A stretch of DNA of 64,000 bases from Synechococcus sp. Its GTDB lineage: Bacteria > Cyanobacteriota > Cyanobacteriia > Thermostichales > PCC-7336. The stretch lies in contig JBFRWN010000032.1 of assembly GCA_051439605.1 (NCBI GenBank), forward strand, positions 1 through 64,000. Direction: 5' to 3'. This document shows positions 31,949 to 42,868 of this stretch, piece by piece (within the stretch, counting starts at the first letter, position 1; each line of letters begins with the position of its first letter). The position numbers and the translations under genes were made by a program. The notes under the pieces were generated by a model. The model was not told the DNA's origin. It did no database searches and saw only the letters and a list, made by a program, of their open reading frames with translations.

Positions 31949-31962
31949 GTATCAAGGGATAC
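31949..31962. promoter_or_regulatory. NtcA-type box upstream of the Crp pseudogene
   Basis: GTATC-aagg-GATAC: GTA-N8-TAC with extended symmetry, preceded by T. Confidence 0.65.
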
Positions 31963-32030
31963 GTTTCTTCGCAGGATTACTTTGTTCCGGCAGTAAACGA
32001 TCGCTGGACAATTTTCTGAATGAGACTTAA

Positions 32031-32058
32031 GACCACCTAAGATTTAACTTAGGTGGTC
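32031..32058. terminator. Perfect hairpin, probable terminator
   Basis: GACCACCTAAG-atttaa-CTTAGGTGGTC, 11-bp stem. Confidence 0.6.
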
Positions 32059-32265
32059 GAAATATTTATATGCCAGCCCATTATCGAGCGATTGCTAGCG
32101 GAATTAAAGCAAAGTAGTACGTACCAGTACTTAGGTTAGAGGAAGAGATAGATACAAAATGAGGGGGTTTACGATTCTTCATTGATGTGTCGGGCGATAC
32201 ACGACAGTCCGGGTGTAAGTTTTGCAGTTTGTTTCAACTCTCCGTATAGTAGTTATGGGTTTAAC

Positions 32266-32604
32266 TCATGACTTGCTGGGCTGGTTCCAGACATGCTTAT
32301 ACTTGGATTTTGATCGAGCATGCTTTCCTGCCGAGACGGGCCGATCCGAATTTGTGCTAATGGCAACTACCGACTGTTTGCGTTTGCTGGAAGTTCGTTG
32401 TCGGTTACGACGACCTTCGGCCTTTATCCGGAACTGGGAGTGGATCTTTCCGTTTCGTCCATTCCGATGGGGCTCTACCCAAGTACTGGGATCCGGCTCG
32501 TAATTCTCCAAAACCACCTTGAGGATCTTGCGTTTCAACAGTCGCTCGATATCCCGTAACAGCTTGTACTCGTCTACACACACCTAGGAAACCGCTTCAC
32601 CCCC
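32266..32604 (-). pseudogene. 3' remnant of a DEAD-box RNA helicase (RhlE/CrhC-like)
   Basis: [25 protein letters not shown]....YEPDPS...EP..NGR matches the RhlE C-terminus; TAG at 32584-6; helicase core absent. Confidence 0.85.
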
Positions 32605-32614
32605 TACAATACTT

Positions 32615-33604
32615 TCATCTCGTTTGGAAAATATTTTGCACCATTTGTTTGGGTGATCTTGCAGCAGCTTTGTCTAACGCCTCCATCTCCGCCGCCGTCA
32701 ACTGCCACCCCAGCGCCCCAATATTCTCCTTTGCTTGAGTCAACGACTTTGCCCCCGGAATCGGAATAGCCCCTTTTGTCAAACACCAATTAATAGCTAT
32801 TTGGGCCATAGACTTCCCCCGAGTGGCAGCCACCTCATGCAAAACATCCAACACTGGCCCAATCCCCGGCAAAATCTTCCGAAACACCCACCCCCGCAGT
32901 CCGGAGGGGAGTTGCTCCCGCACCGAATACTTCCCCGTCAACAACCCCAGTGCAAGAGGACTGTAAGCAATTAACCTAATCCCTAACTCGTCGCACAGGG
33001 ACCTAATATCCAATTCTGTATCGGGATAGGTGGACAGCAAAGAATACTGTACCTGTAACGTCAAAATCGATATCCCGCGATCGCCCAGTTGCTTGTGTGC
33101 TCGCCGCAATGCCTTGGGTCCGTAATTCGATAATCCAATCCCCTTTACTAATCCGCGGTCACACAAATCCGCCAGACCATCCAGCAGCGGTTTCTCCTGC
33201 CAAGGAGCATAATTCGACGGCGACCAATGCATCTGAGCCAAATCCACCGGTCGTTGTAACCGCCGAGCCGAACCTTCGCAAGCTGACACCATCGATCTCC
33301 GCGTCAATCGCCAAGGATAGGCGGCCAGTTTAGTCGCTATGCAAATGTGTTCGGCATTTAGCCCTTCATACTCTCTTGCAAACTTGCCCAGTAACTGCTC
33401 GCTGCGCCCGTTCAGTCGTCCTGTCCCGTAAGAATCCCCCGTATCGAACAGCGTCACCCCCCGTTCCACACACAGGTTAAAGACCTGCTGCAATTCCGCA
33501 TCCATTTCGGGGCTGTACCCCCATAGCAGCCGATTCCCCCAAGCCCACGTGCCGCAACCCATTGTAGGGAGCGCTAGGGTCGATGAAGTCTTTCTCGCCT
33601 GCAC
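32615..33604 (-). CDS. Aldo/keto reductase
   Basis: MGCGTWAWG, FDTGDSYG, IATK, IGLSNY, QVQYSLL, IAYSPLALGLLTGKY, IPIPGAK. Confidence 0.93.
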   Translation of the reverse strand: MQARKTSSTLALPTMGCGTWAWGNRLLWGYSPEMDAELQQVFNLCVERGVTLFDTGDSYGTGRLNGRSEQLLGKFAREYEGLNAEHICIATKLAAYPWRLTRRSMVSACEGSARRLQRPVDLAQMHWSPSNYAPWQEKPLLDGLADLCDRGLVKGIGLSNYGPKALRRAHKQLGDRGISILTLQVQYSLLSTYPDTELDIRSLCDELGIRLIAYSPLALGLLTGKYSVREQLPSGLRGWVFRKILPGIGPVLDVLHEVAATRGKSMAQIAINWCLTKGAIPIPGAKSLTQAKENIGALGWQLTAAEMEALDKAAARSPKQMVQNIFQTR

Positions 33605-33606
33605 TG

Positions 33607-36600
33607 CTATCTCTCGTGATACTCCTGAATTGACTTCACATCTAGTTCACCCGACTGCAGCGAACGAATTGCCGCCACTGTCGCCTTTGCCCCCGCCAGC
33701 GTTGTCACTAATGGAACTTTGTACAGCAGCGCGCTGCGTCGAATACGTCGTCCATCCTGATGAGCCTCACCCCCTGATGGAGTATTGATAATCAGCGTCA
33801 CCTCGCGATTTTTAATGGCATCTACCACGTGTGGACGGCCTTCGTGCAGCTTCAGAATTCGCTCCACCGGCAATCCGCGATCGCTCAAAAACTTCTGGGT
33901 GCCTTCCGTCGAAATCAGCGAGAATCCCAGATCGACGAGTTCCTGGGCGAGCTCAACAACAGGGGGTTTATCGCGATCGCTGACGGTAATAAATACCTTT
34001 CCTGATAGAGGTAGCGGTTGGCCGGCTCCCAACTGAGCCTTAGCAAACGCCAGTCCAAAGTCTGTATCGATGCCCATCACCTCGCCGGTCGATCGCATCT
34101 CTGGACCCAAAATCGTGTCGGTCCCAGGGAATTTATTGAAGGGCAGCACCGCCTCTTTGACCGAAATATGGGTGGGGATGACCTCTTCGGTAAAGGCAAT
34201 TTCATCCAGCGTCTTGCCGCTCATCATCAAAGCTGCGTAGCGTGCCAAGGGTACGCCAATCGCCTTGCTGACAAAGGGGACTGTACGGGAGGCACGCGGA
34301 TTCGCTTCGAGAACGTACACCTGCTCGTCCTTAACGGCATACTGCACGTTCATCAGACCCACTACACCAAGCTTCTTCGCCAATTTGTGCGTCCAACTGC
34401 GGATGGTTCCCAGCACTTCTGGTGACAGAGTGCGGGTGGGCAGGATACAGGCCGAGTCGCCGGAGTGGATGCCCGCCTGTTCGATGTGCTCCATAATGCC
34501 CCCAATGGTCACTGCGCCAGTACGATCCGCGATCGCATCTACATCTACCTCAACAGCATTTTCTAGGAACTTATCCACCAAAATCGGCCGTTCGGGATCC
34601 ACCTCTACCGCTGCTTCGATATAGCGTTTTAGGTCCGTATCGGAATAGACAATTTCCATCGCCCGTCCCCCCAGGACGTAGCTGGGACGCACCACTACCG
34701 GATAACCCACTCTCTGGGCGATCGCCAGCGCTTCCTCGTAAGAGCGCGCAATTCCGTTGGCCGGCTGAACGATGTCTAGCTCCCGCAAAATCGCCTCGAA
34801 CCGCTCTCGATCTTCTGCAACGTCGATCGCATCTGGTGATGTCCCCCATATGGGGGCCTCCGCTTCTGCTAAACCTTGAGCAAGGTTTAAGGGGGTCTGA
34901 CCGCCAAACTGCACGATGATGCCAACAGGCTTTTCCACTTCAATCAGGTTAAGGACATCTTCGTGGGTTAGAGGTTCAAAGTAGAGACGATCGCTGGTGT
35001 CGTAGTCCGTGGAGACTGTTTCGGGATTCGAGTTCACCATCACTGCTTCGAAGCCGGAATCCTGCATGGCATAGGAGGCGTGACAGCAGCAGTAATCAAA
35101 CTCGATTCCCTGACCGATGCGGTTTGGACCACCCCCCAAAATCATCACCTTAGGGGTGTCGGAGGCAAAGATTTCGCTATCTTCCTCATAGGTGGAGTAT
35201 TGATAGGGGGTAAAAGCTTCGAACTCGGCTGCGCAAGTATCCACGGTCTTGTACGCTGGCACGATCCCCAGCCCTTGTCGAGTGGCCCGCACTTCCGTCT
35301 CGCTAGATCGCGTTAGATGGGCAATTTGGCGATCGCTAAATCCTAGTCGCTTGAGTTCTAGCCAGTCATCTACCTCTAAGTCTACGAGGGGTTTCCCCTG
35401 CATCCACAGTTCCATCTCCACCAGCTCCTGCATCTTATCCAGGAACCACGGATCGATTTTGGTGAGCTTAAAGATTTCGGATGCATCTATACCGGCGAGG
35501 AAAGCGGTGCGCACCATCAGCAACCGCCCCGGATTGGGCACCCGCAATGAAGTGCGGATTTCATCCAAAGGTGGGAGTTCCTCAGCTTTATCCGCCCCAA
35601 ATCCGTAGCGACCAATTTCAAGCGATCGCAGTGCCTTTTGCAGCGACTCCTGAAACGTTCGCCCAATGGCCATTGCCTCCCCCACGGATTTCATTTGGGT
35701 GGTCAGCACTGCTTCGGAACCGGGGAATTTCTCAAACGCGAATCGAGGGGCTTTCACCACGACGTAATCAATGGTGGGTTCGAAGCAGGCGGGAGTCTTT
35801 TGGGTGATGTCGTTCTTGATTTCTGGCAGAGTGTAGCCCACCGCTAATTTCGCGGCAAATTTGGCGATCGGGAACCCGGTTGCTTTGGATGCCAGTGCCG
35901 ACGAGCGGGATACCCGGGGGTTCATCTCGATAATGCGAACTTCGCCGTTGTCGGGATTGACTGCAAACTGCACGTTCGAGCCACCGGTCTCCACCCCAAT
36001 TTCTCGAATGATGGCGATCGCGTAATCCCGCAGCCGCTGATATTCTTTGTCAGTTAGTGTCTGGGCCGGAGCCACAGTGATGGAGTCCCCCGTGTGAACC
36101 CCCATCGGGTCGATATTTTCGATCGAGCAGATAATAACGACGTTATCTGCCAGATCCCGCATGACCTCCAGCTCGAATTCCTTCCACCCGATGATGGATT
36201 CCTCCACCAAAATTTGGGAGACGGGACTGGCGTCCAAACCAGAGGAACAGATGGCTTCAAATTCTTCTTGGTTGTAGGCTACACCACCGCCGGTGCCCCC
36301 CAGGGTAAAGGCAGGTCGAATAATCAGGGGATAGCCAATATCTTTGGAGATCCGCCGCGCTTCGTCCATCGTGGTTGCCAAACCTGAACGGGGGACCGAC
36401 AGACCAATCTTTTGCATCGCCTGCTTAAATAAATCGCGATCCTCCGCCTTTTCAATTGCCTCGAAATTGGCCCCGATCAGCTCTACATTATATTTCCTAA
36501 GAACGCCGCTCTTAGCCAGGGACACGGCCACGTTCAGGGCTGTTTGCCCCCCCATGGTGGGTAAAATTGCATCTGGACGCTCTCGCTCGATAATGCGTTC

Positions 36601-36822
36601 AACACATTCTGGCGACACCGGTTCAATATAGGTGCGATCCGCCGTTGCTGGGTCAGTCATAATCGTGGCGGGGTTGGAGTTGACCAGCACAACCTCGTAG
36701 CCTTCTTCCCGCAATGCCTTACAGGCTTGCGTCCCCGAATAGTCAAATTCACATGCCTGACCGATTACAATCGGGCCAGCCCCAATCAACAGAATCTTCT
36801 GTAGGTCATTGCGGCGCGGCAT
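33607..36822 (-). CDS. carB: Carbamoyl-phosphate synthase large subunit
   Basis: [27 protein letters not shown], two ATP-grasp repeats ([19 protein letters not shown]), MGS domain. Confidence 0.99.
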   Translation of the reverse strand: MPRRNDLQKILLIGAGPIVIGQACEFDYSGTQACKALREEGYEVVLVNSNPATIMTDPATADRTYIEPVSPECVERIIERERPDAILPTMGGQTALNVAVSLAKSGVLRKYNVELIGANFEAIEKAEDRDLFKQAMQKIGLSVPRSGLATTMDEARRISKDIGYPLIIRPAFTLGGTGGGVAYNQEEFEAICSSGLDASPVSQILVEESIIGWKEFELEVMRDLADNVVIICSIENIDPMGVHTGDSITVAPAQTLTDKEYQRLRDYAIAIIREIGVETGGSNVQFAVNPDNGEVRIIEMNPRVSRSSALASKATGFPIAKFAAKLAVGYTLPEIKNDITQKTPACFEPTIDYVVVKAPRFAFEKFPGSEAVLTTQMKSVGEAMAIGRTFQESLQKALRSLEIGRYGFGADKAEELPPLDEIRTSLRVPNPGRLLMVRTAFLAGIDASEIFKLTKIDPWFLDKMQELVEMELWMQGKPLVDLEVDDWLELKRLGFSDRQIAHLTRSSETEVRATRQGLGIVPAYKTVDTCAAEFEAFTPYQYSTYEEDSEIFASDTPKVMILGGGPNRIGQGIEFDYCCCHASYAMQDSGFEAVMVNSNPETVSTDYDTSDRLYFEPLTHEDVLNLIEVEKPVGIIVQFGGQTPLNLAQGLAEAEAPIWGTSPDAIDVAEDRERFEAILRELDIVQPANGIARSYEEALAIAQRVGYPVVVRPSYVLGGRAMEIVYSDTDLKRYIEAAVEVDPERPILVDKFLENAVEVDVDAIADRTGAVTIGGIMEHIEQAGIHSGDSACILPTRTLSPEVLGTIRSWTHKLAKKLGVVGLMNVQYAVKDEQVYVLEANPRASRTVPFVSKAIGVPLARYAALMMSGKTLDEIAFTEEVIPTHISVKEAVLPFNKFPGTDTILGPEMRSTGEVMGIDTDFGLAFAKAQLGAGQPLPLSGKVFITVSDRDKPPVVELAQELVDLGFSLISTEGTQKFLSDRGLPVERILKLHEGRPHVVDAIKNREVTLIINTPSGGEAHQDGRRIRRSALLYKVPLVTTLAGAKATVAAIRSLQSGELDVKSIQEYHER

Positions 36823-37049
36823 GGACGTCTCCCAATATTTTATCGATGTAGCACTCGCTACCTTTTTTCGGCGAGGCAAAACTATCCCATTGTATGGGCC
36901 ATTGGCACATCTTTCTCTCTCGAGATTCTCGTTTATCCCCGATTTTCCGACCCGTTCACTACGGGACAAAGTAACCGCTGTCTAAACCACCTACATGTTA
37001 CTGTTTAAGGCTAACCCACCTGGCTGATTCACTATCCCAAGAGGAAAGG

Positions 37050-37075
37050 TTGTCACTGTGACAATGTCTTATAGT
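37050..37075 (+). promoter_or_regulatory. Palindrome and -10 box upstream of psb34
   Basis: TTGTCAC-t-GTGACAA at 37050-37064, then TATAGT at 37070-37075. Confidence 0.45.
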
Positions 37076-37107
37076 TAGTTATCAAACGATCAAATTTGGA
37101 GTTTTAC

Positions 37108-37278
37108 ATGCCCTACACCAAAGATGAGCGCGGCATCGTGAACAACTTCCCGATTGAGACCAAAGATCGAGTTGCTGAGCCCCCCACCAAACAGCAAAAA
37201 ATTCAGTATGCTTTTTTTGCGGCAATCGGTGCGGCTCTAATCGGTGGCGTGGTTTGGGTAGCGGTTGCTGTTTCCTAA
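37108..37278 (+). CDS. psb34: Photosystem II assembly factor Psb34 (Ssl1498 family)
   Basis: MPYT.DE.G..NNF.IE.K...AEPP...Q plus a C-terminal TM ending AVS; GGAG RBS. Confidence 0.85.
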   Translation: MPYTKDERGIVNNFPIETKDRVAEPPTKQQKIQYAFFAAIGAALIGGVVWVAVAVS

Positions 37279-37400
37279 GTCCCTCTCCGCTACTAAAGAG
37301 GTCCCGCGACAACGTTATATAGTGGCTAAGAATTTTGGCGTATCCTTAGAGCGGTTCCCCGATACGGGAAGGTTACATTGCTCATTTTTTTGATGTACAT

Positions 37401-37425
37401 CAGGGAAGGGAATAGCCCTTCCCTG
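37401..37425. terminator. Hairpin between convergent genes
   Basis: CAGGGAAGGG-aatag-CCCTTCCCTG, perfect 10-bp stem. Confidence 0.65.
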
Positions 37426-37473
37426 CGTTTTATCGATTGGGCGTTAATTGCCGATTGTGGGCGCAAATCTTGC

Positions 37474-38082
37474 CTACATCGTCGATTTTAGAGGAGTACG
37501 ATGGCGTTCGTGGACAATGCGTCGAATACTCAACTCATCGGTCTGTTGCATCGGATTGCCCGGTTTTAAAGGCACAATATCTGGAAACAAAGAGCGGCAT
37601 AAGGTAATTCCCTCATCGGTAAGGACGAATCCTAAGTTACCCTTGTTGCGAACCCAATTTTGAGCCGATAACTGCTGTAGCGATCGCCGCACTTCTGCAA
37701 ACGCAGCATCGCAAAGGTCATCACCGATCGCTTTACGGTCAAAAAAACGTCCTGGGTACATCAGACGATACCCCAACAGATCCCGAAACGGGACTGTACC
37801 TGCCAAGTAGTTTTCAAACCACTCTAAGTGCTCGCTGGAGTTCCATTCCTGTAAGGTACACAACCACTCAAATTGTTCCTCCAGCTGGCTACGCAGAAGT
37901 TTGCGATACCTGGGGTTGATAGAATTTCGATGTTGCTCGAAGGTAGGGAAGTGCTGGGTCAATAACTCGTTGGTCAGCGCATCAACATCTTCATCGCAGC
38001 CTAAATGGCTCCAAGCGATCTTGAGGGCATTGAGCTTTAATGTTGAAAGCGATTGTTCTGTTGTTCGATTTGATACAGTCAT
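37474..38082 (-). CDS. Hypothetical protein, possible C-terminal winged-helix
   Basis: 202-aa ORF; SLQQLSAQNWV...GFVLTDEG resembles a wHTH wing. Confidence 0.6.
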   Translation of the reverse strand: MTVSNRTTEQSLSTLKLNALKIAWSHLGCDEDVDALTNELLTQHFPTFEQHRNSINPRYRKLLRSQLEEQFEWLCTLQEWNSSEHLEWFENYLAGTVPFRDLLGYRLMYPGRFFDRKAIGDDLCDAAFAEVRRSLQQLSAQNWVRNKGNLGFVLTDEGITLCRSLFPDIVPLKPGNPMQQTDELSIRRIVHERHRTPLKSTM

Positions 38083-38431
38083 CACCTAATACAGCAAAGC
38101 GCTGTTGATGTTATCTGAATAGCTTGCCCTCTTTTAAATCGGACCGTATCCTTTGCTGGCAATAAATTAGATTGTTTTAAGATCTTTCCGTCCCACATTA
38201 CTCAACGTAGAGTTCTTCACCTGGGGACTGCCTCTATTGGCAGCAATGACTTGTTTCGTGGCGGTCAAAGTTGCTGCTGAGTGCGTTCATCAATCAAAGC
38301 CTTCACCGAACCCAGCCCCCACAATTCTAACTGCCACAGTTAACTGCCTGACAAACAGTTGCCCATTCTCGTCAGACTTCAATTTCATTTGAAGAGGATT
38401 GGGAGAAAGATCCGCTAGAGAATCTTGGATA

Positions 38432-38504
38432 TGGGGCGTGAGGGACTTGAACCCCCGTAAGGCAAATTATGAGTTTGCTGCCTAAACCACTCGGCCAACG
38501 CCCC
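38432..38504 (-). tRNA. tRNA with CAU anticodon, most likely tRNA-Ile2 (lysidine)
   Basis: GGGGCGTTGGCCGAGTGGTTTAGGCA-GCAAA-CTCATAA-TTTGC-...GGTTCAAGTCC...CGCCCCA; lacks initiator features; D-arm resembles plastid/cyanobacterial trnI-CAU. Confidence 0.88.
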
Positions 38505-38685
38505 ATGTGCGATCGCCACTAGATGCCTATTAAGACTAGCGCTTGTTCTCTCAAAATCTCAACCACATGAGAAAACTCTTTGGCTTCGGGAGACTCATAG
38601 CCCCGCTCTTCAGAAAAATTCTTGCATTCAAAGCTTCTTTTCAGTAGAAAGATGACTTGAGCATCTCCGACAGATGTCAGCATTG

Positions 38686-39492
38686 CTACTGGTTGTTGTT
38701 GGGAACCTGCGATACCTGAGTACTCAGCGACGGGTTATTTGCGACTGAATTACTGGTCTCTGATCGATCTGGAGTATCAAACAAAACAGTAGTGATATAT
38801 CGTTCAGTCCATTGCTTTCCAAATGCTTTCTCAAGGACTCGGCGAGTTTTATCGTTTTGCTGCTGGCGATCGCAATATCGTTGTTGACCCGCTAGTATGT
38901 CAGCTTCTTGTTCGCAAGTTACGGTTTGCGATGACTTCGCCTGTAGACAATGCAGTTTTAGATAGGCGGAAGTAGCTTCTAGAAACAGTTCCTCTTCCTC
39001 TGCTCCGATGGGTCGCACAAACAAGCAGTAAGGGGAAAAAATATTCCCCCACTGGGGTAGTTCACGTGGCTGGCTAAAGGCCTCTTGACGTTTGAGCCAA
39101 GGGTCCAAATTACTTTTATAGTCAGATGGAAGCGTAGACTGAACCGGGCTGAGGTCGGCAATGGCCGCGCTAATTTGCCCGCGTCCCCCCACTAAATCGC
39201 AGCCGAACATTGGCAAATCAAATTGAGGCCTGGGGAACATCACGCAATGCAGGATATTGAGGGAATTGCCAACCTTTGCGAGTTCCAGATGGAGTTTACG
39301 GAATTGTGGGGTTTGAAAACATCGATTTACAATCGTCAGGCGTTCCCCTTCCAACTTGCCTTCGACATAGCCTAGATCCCCTGGTAAATGATAGGGGGAT
39401 AGCTCCAGCGTTTCCTCCCAAGTAGCCAAGATTGTGTTGGCTAATGTCACAATTAGAGGGTGCTGGTGCTCTTGCGAAGGAATTGGACTCAT
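38686..39492 (-). CDS. pcyA: Phycocyanobilin:ferredoxin oxidoreductase
   Basis: LGYVEGKLEGE.L.I.N, FRKLHLELA, ILHCVMFP, MFGCD.V, SAAIADLSP, QQQNDKTRRVLEKAFG. Confidence 0.97.
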   Translation of the reverse strand: MSPIPSQEHQHPLIVTLANTILATWEETLELSPYHLPGDLGYVEGKLEGERLTIVNRCFQTPQFRKLHLELAKVGNSLNILHCVMFPRPQFDLPMFGCDLVGGRGQISAAIADLSPVQSTLPSDYKSNLDPWLKRQEAFSQPRELPQWGNIFSPYCLFVRPIGAEEEELFLEATSAYLKLHCLQAKSSQTVTCEQEADILAGQQRYCDRQQQNDKTRRVLEKAFGKQWTERYITTVLFDTPDRSETSNSVANNPSLSTQVSQVPNNNQ

Positions 39493-39752
39493 CACAATAG
39501 GACACAGAAGGCTCGTTTCACTTTACCGCAAGAGCTACCCTACCATTAGTCATTTGCAACTGGACTTCACTACTTTGTTCAAGTGAAATGGTATGTGATG
39601 GTGAAAATTTCACATCTAGGTGCCGGGCAACTGGACATAGAGCTGAGGTTATTTCAATAAGGATCGAGCGATCTATCTCCGGTCAGGGGTCTGGGTAGCT
39701 GAAATGTCCAAAGCGACTTAACGCTAGCTATGCATCCAGACAAACCTAATCA

Positions 39753-39810
39753 GACATTCAAATGAAAAACCGCTGTTGGGCTGCCCACAGCGGTTTTTCA
39801 TTTGAATGTC
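39753..39810. terminator. Long perfect inverted repeat downstream of psbT
   Basis: 24-bp arms GACATTCAAATGAAAAACCGCTGT / ACAGCGGTTTTTCATTTGAATGTC, 10-nt spacer. Confidence 0.8.
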
Positions 39811-39851
39811 GAACTGTTGACCGCGAAAGAATCTGTTACTCGTAGATTCTA

Positions 39852-39962
39852 TTAGTCATCAGAGCGAGGGACGTCGATCTTAGGCGTCTCGCGAAATGCG
39901 ATCGCGAAGAACAGCAGACCGATTGTCAAAAAGAGAATGAAAACGTAAGCCAAAGCTTCCAT
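39852..39962 (-). CDS. psbT: Photosystem II protein T
   Basis: [10 protein letters not shown]...[23 protein letters not shown]; follows psbB. Confidence 0.96.
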   Translation of the reverse strand: MEALAYVFILFLTIGLLFFAIAFRETPKIDVPRSDD

Positions 39963-40040
39963 AGCTAGCTCCCTAAAATAAACCAACTCGGATAAAGGTG
40001 GGTCCACTGAGTTAACAGTAAGGAACCACCTCAATTGTAC

Positions 40041-41576
40041 CTAGGCCTTGGCCTTCTTCTTTCGGGTAGATGTGTCTGCTAGTTTCTGGAATACACCCCA
40101 TTCGACCATCTCTTCATCAAGATCTGGGTCGACACCAGCAAATACATCGCGGTAAAGGGTACGAGAGCCGTGCCAGATGTGGCCGAAGAAGAACAACAGT
40201 GCAAAGCAAGCGTGACCGAAGGTAAACCAACCGCGCGGACTGGTGCGAAATACACCGTCAGCATTGGTTGCTTCACGATTGAATTCGAATGCTTCACCCA
40301 ACTGAGCGGTACGAGCATAACGCTTCACGGTCGGAGCATCTGTGAACTGCTTGCCATCCAACTTGCCACCGAAAAACTCAACGGTCACTCCAGCCTGCTC
40401 GAAGCTGCTCTTGGCTTCCGCACGACGGAAGGGGATGTCAGCACGAATCAAATTGTCAGAGTCGCGAAGAATAACGGGGAAGGATTCAAAGAAGTTGGGA
40501 AGACGCTCAACAGTCAGCTCGCGACCATCTGCATCGCGAAAAACGGGCTCGCCTAGCCATTCCACGGCCAGACCATCGCCATCGTTCATGGGACCTGGAC
40601 GGAACAAACCACCTTTAGAGGGGTTGTTCCCGACGTAGTCGTAGAAGAGTAAGTCGCGAGGTACGGAATCCCAAGCTTCGCTGCGGGAGGAGCCGTTTGC
40701 CATTGCATTTTCAACGCGGCGAGATACCTCCTGCTGATAATAGCCAGAGTCCCACTGATAGCGAGTAGGGCCAAACAAGCTTACCGGTGTCGTTGCGTTG
40801 CCATACCACATGGTGCCGGCAACAACGAAGGCCGCAAAGAATACAGCTGCAATGGAACTGGACAATACGGTCTCGATGTTACCCATGCGCAATGCTCGAT
40901 ACAGGCGCTGGGGAGGACGCACGGTCAGGTGAAACAAACCCGCAATGATGCCCACAATACCGGCCGCAATGTGGTGAGCCACCACCCCGCCAGGATTGAA
41001 GGGGTCAAAGCCTGCTGGGCCCCACTCGGGAGCGACGGGCTGCAGGTGACCGCCGAGGCCAAATGCATCGTTCACCCACATACCGGGACCAAACACACCG
41101 GTCAAGTGGAAGGCTCCGAAACCAAAGCACAATAATCCGGACAAGAACAGGTGAATACCGAACATCTTCGGTAGGTCGAGTGCTGGCTCACCAGTACGGG
41201 GATCGCGGAACAGTTCTAAGTCCCAGTAAACCCAGTGCCAAACAGCTGCTAAGAACAGCATTCCAGACAAAATGATGTGGGCAGTTGCCACACCTTCAAA
41301 ACTCCAAAATCCGGCGTTTTCTACAAACTCACCGGCTAAATTCCAGCCGTTCCAGGAATTTTCAATTCCCAGGCGAGCCATAAACGGCATAACGAACATG
41401 CCTTGACGCCACATCGGGTTCAGTACGGGGTCGGTGGGGTCATAAATTGCCGACTCGTACAGTGCCATGGACCCAGCCCAACCCGCTACCAAAGCGGTGT
41501 GCATTAGGTGAACTGAGATCAGGCGTCCCGGATCGTTAAGCACGACTGTATGGACCCGGTACCACGGTAGTCCCAT
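40041..41576 (-). CDS. psbB: Photosystem II CP47
   Basis: [55 protein letters not shown]. Confidence 0.99.
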   Translation of the reverse strand: MGLPWYRVHTVVLNDPGRLISVHLMHTALVAGWAGSMALYESAIYDPTDPVLNPMWRQGMFVMPFMARLGIENSWNGWNLAGEFVENAGFWSFEGVATAHIILSGMLFLAAVWHWVYWDLELFRDPRTGEPALDLPKMFGIHLFLSGLLCFGFGAFHLTGVFGPGMWVNDAFGLGGHLQPVAPEWGPAGFDPFNPGGVVAHHIAAGIVGIIAGLFHLTVRPPQRLYRALRMGNIETVLSSSIAAVFFAAFVVAGTMWYGNATTPVSLFGPTRYQWDSGYYQQEVSRRVENAMANGSSRSEAWDSVPRDLLFYDYVGNNPSKGGLFRPGPMNDGDGLAVEWLGEPVFRDADGRELTVERLPNFFESFPVILRDSDNLIRADIPFRRAEAKSSFEQAGVTVEFFGGKLDGKQFTDAPTVKRYARTAQLGEAFEFNREATNADGVFRTSPRGWFTFGHACFALLFFFGHIWHGSRTLYRDVFAGVDPDLDEEMVEWGVFQKLADTSTRKKKAKA

Positions 41577-41868
41577 AAAGCGCGATCCTCCCTTGCGATT
41601 ACACAGCCTTTATTTAATGGTTTAGAAAGCAGCCTTCGAAGCCCGATCTCCGCCTCTGAGCAGATGCTCTGAAAACTAAAACGTTTTGGGGGGAGTCGGA
41701 GGAGATTCAAGAACCTCATCTCAAGCTTTGCGATATCTGCATGCTTCAAAGACTAGATATAAAGAAGCTCCCCGATCGCTCGAGAAACATCAAATTGCCA
41801 ACTGAACAGAGGTGTCCAATTGTTAAGCCTTGAGAACAGTATGCAGTAAGCCGTAGACTTACCTCAGC

Positions 41869-41886
41869 AGTATAACGGAATGTAAC
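41869..41886 (-). promoter_or_regulatory. HLR1 (RpaB)-like direct repeat overlapping a probable psbB -10 box
   Basis: Minus strand GTTACATT-cc-GTTATACT; the second half-site contains TATACT. Confidence 0.5.
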
Positions 41887-42123
41887 AGGGGGACTTGAGA
41901 CAGCGCAAGATTTCTCAGAGGATTTGGCCAAAAGCAGTCTAGCCTGCTGAGGTCAAGCCCAATTTCGCAGGAATGATTTACATAAGTTAATATATCAGCG
42001 GCAGTAAGTAGCCCTGGTGACGATCAGGGCATGTCTGGACCGGTTTCCTGCCACCGATATGAGATGTTCAATCACTGGACCGTTAGCAAACTGGCCACTT
42101 GCGTCAAGAGAGAGGATAAGCAG

Positions 42124-42420
42124 ATGCCAACGATTAACTTTTTGAACGAGGGCAAGAGTATCACTGTGGCAGACGGAGCAAATCTGAGAAGAGTTGCTTT
42201 GGAGAATGATATTGATATCTACAAGATGGTTGCCAAGTTGATGAATTGTGGAGGGGCAGGCCAGTGCACCACCTGCATTGTTGACGTAGTCGAAGGCGCT
42301 GACAATCTATCTGAAAGAACGACCCCAGAGGTGCGCAAGTTTAAACGCAAGCCCGATACCTACCGTCTAGCATGCCAAACAAAGGTGATGGGGGACATTT
42401 CTGTCAAGACCAAGCCATAG
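42124..42420 (+). CDS. 2Fe-2S ferredoxin
   Basis: [32 protein letters not shown]; divergent from psbB. Confidence 0.93.
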   Translation: MPTINFLNEGKSITVADGANLRRVALENDIDIYKMVAKLMNCGGAGQCTTCIVDVVEGADNLSERTTPEVRKFKRKPDTYRLACQTKVMGDISVKTKP

Positions 42421-42868
42421 CTTGTTTCGACACCCGCTTTGGATTGGGGCATAGGCTCACAGCGAGCCTGACAGAATCCTTCCGCACAAGCTTAAAGCCT
42501 ATTAAAAGTATCTAATCGGGATATCTCCTGAGCGGCCGCCGAGCTACTCAGGACTTTTATTAAGTGAAGGACTAGCGCTGATTTTTCCCCGCAGAACTCG
42601 CGAGGGCTAGAGAGTTGCATTTTGGGAGATGGTTAGTAAGTCAAACGATTGACGATCGGTGAAGCAATCGTGAATCTTTCTAGTGTAGTTTCGGTAGTTT
42701 GGGAGTGCTAAGGCTAGTCTGGTTGCGTTACAGTTTCGGGCAACTTTGACTTTGTAGGCGGAGATTTAGCAGACGGGGTCAGCTTGTTGAATCCTCTTCC
42801 TGTCATTCGTCCATTAAGGGCGAGGCATACAGGCCCGAGTCATCCAACTGTACGCTGAGGAATAGCAA

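Noticed and set aside
40041..41576. Far-red (FaRLiP) psbB paralogue
   Set aside because: Context is the standard psbB-psbT locus with no rfpABC, chlF or apc paralogues nearby.
42421..42868. psbM or a known ncRNA after the ferredoxin
   Set aside because: No PsbM-like ORF; only short hairpins and no recognisable RNA family.
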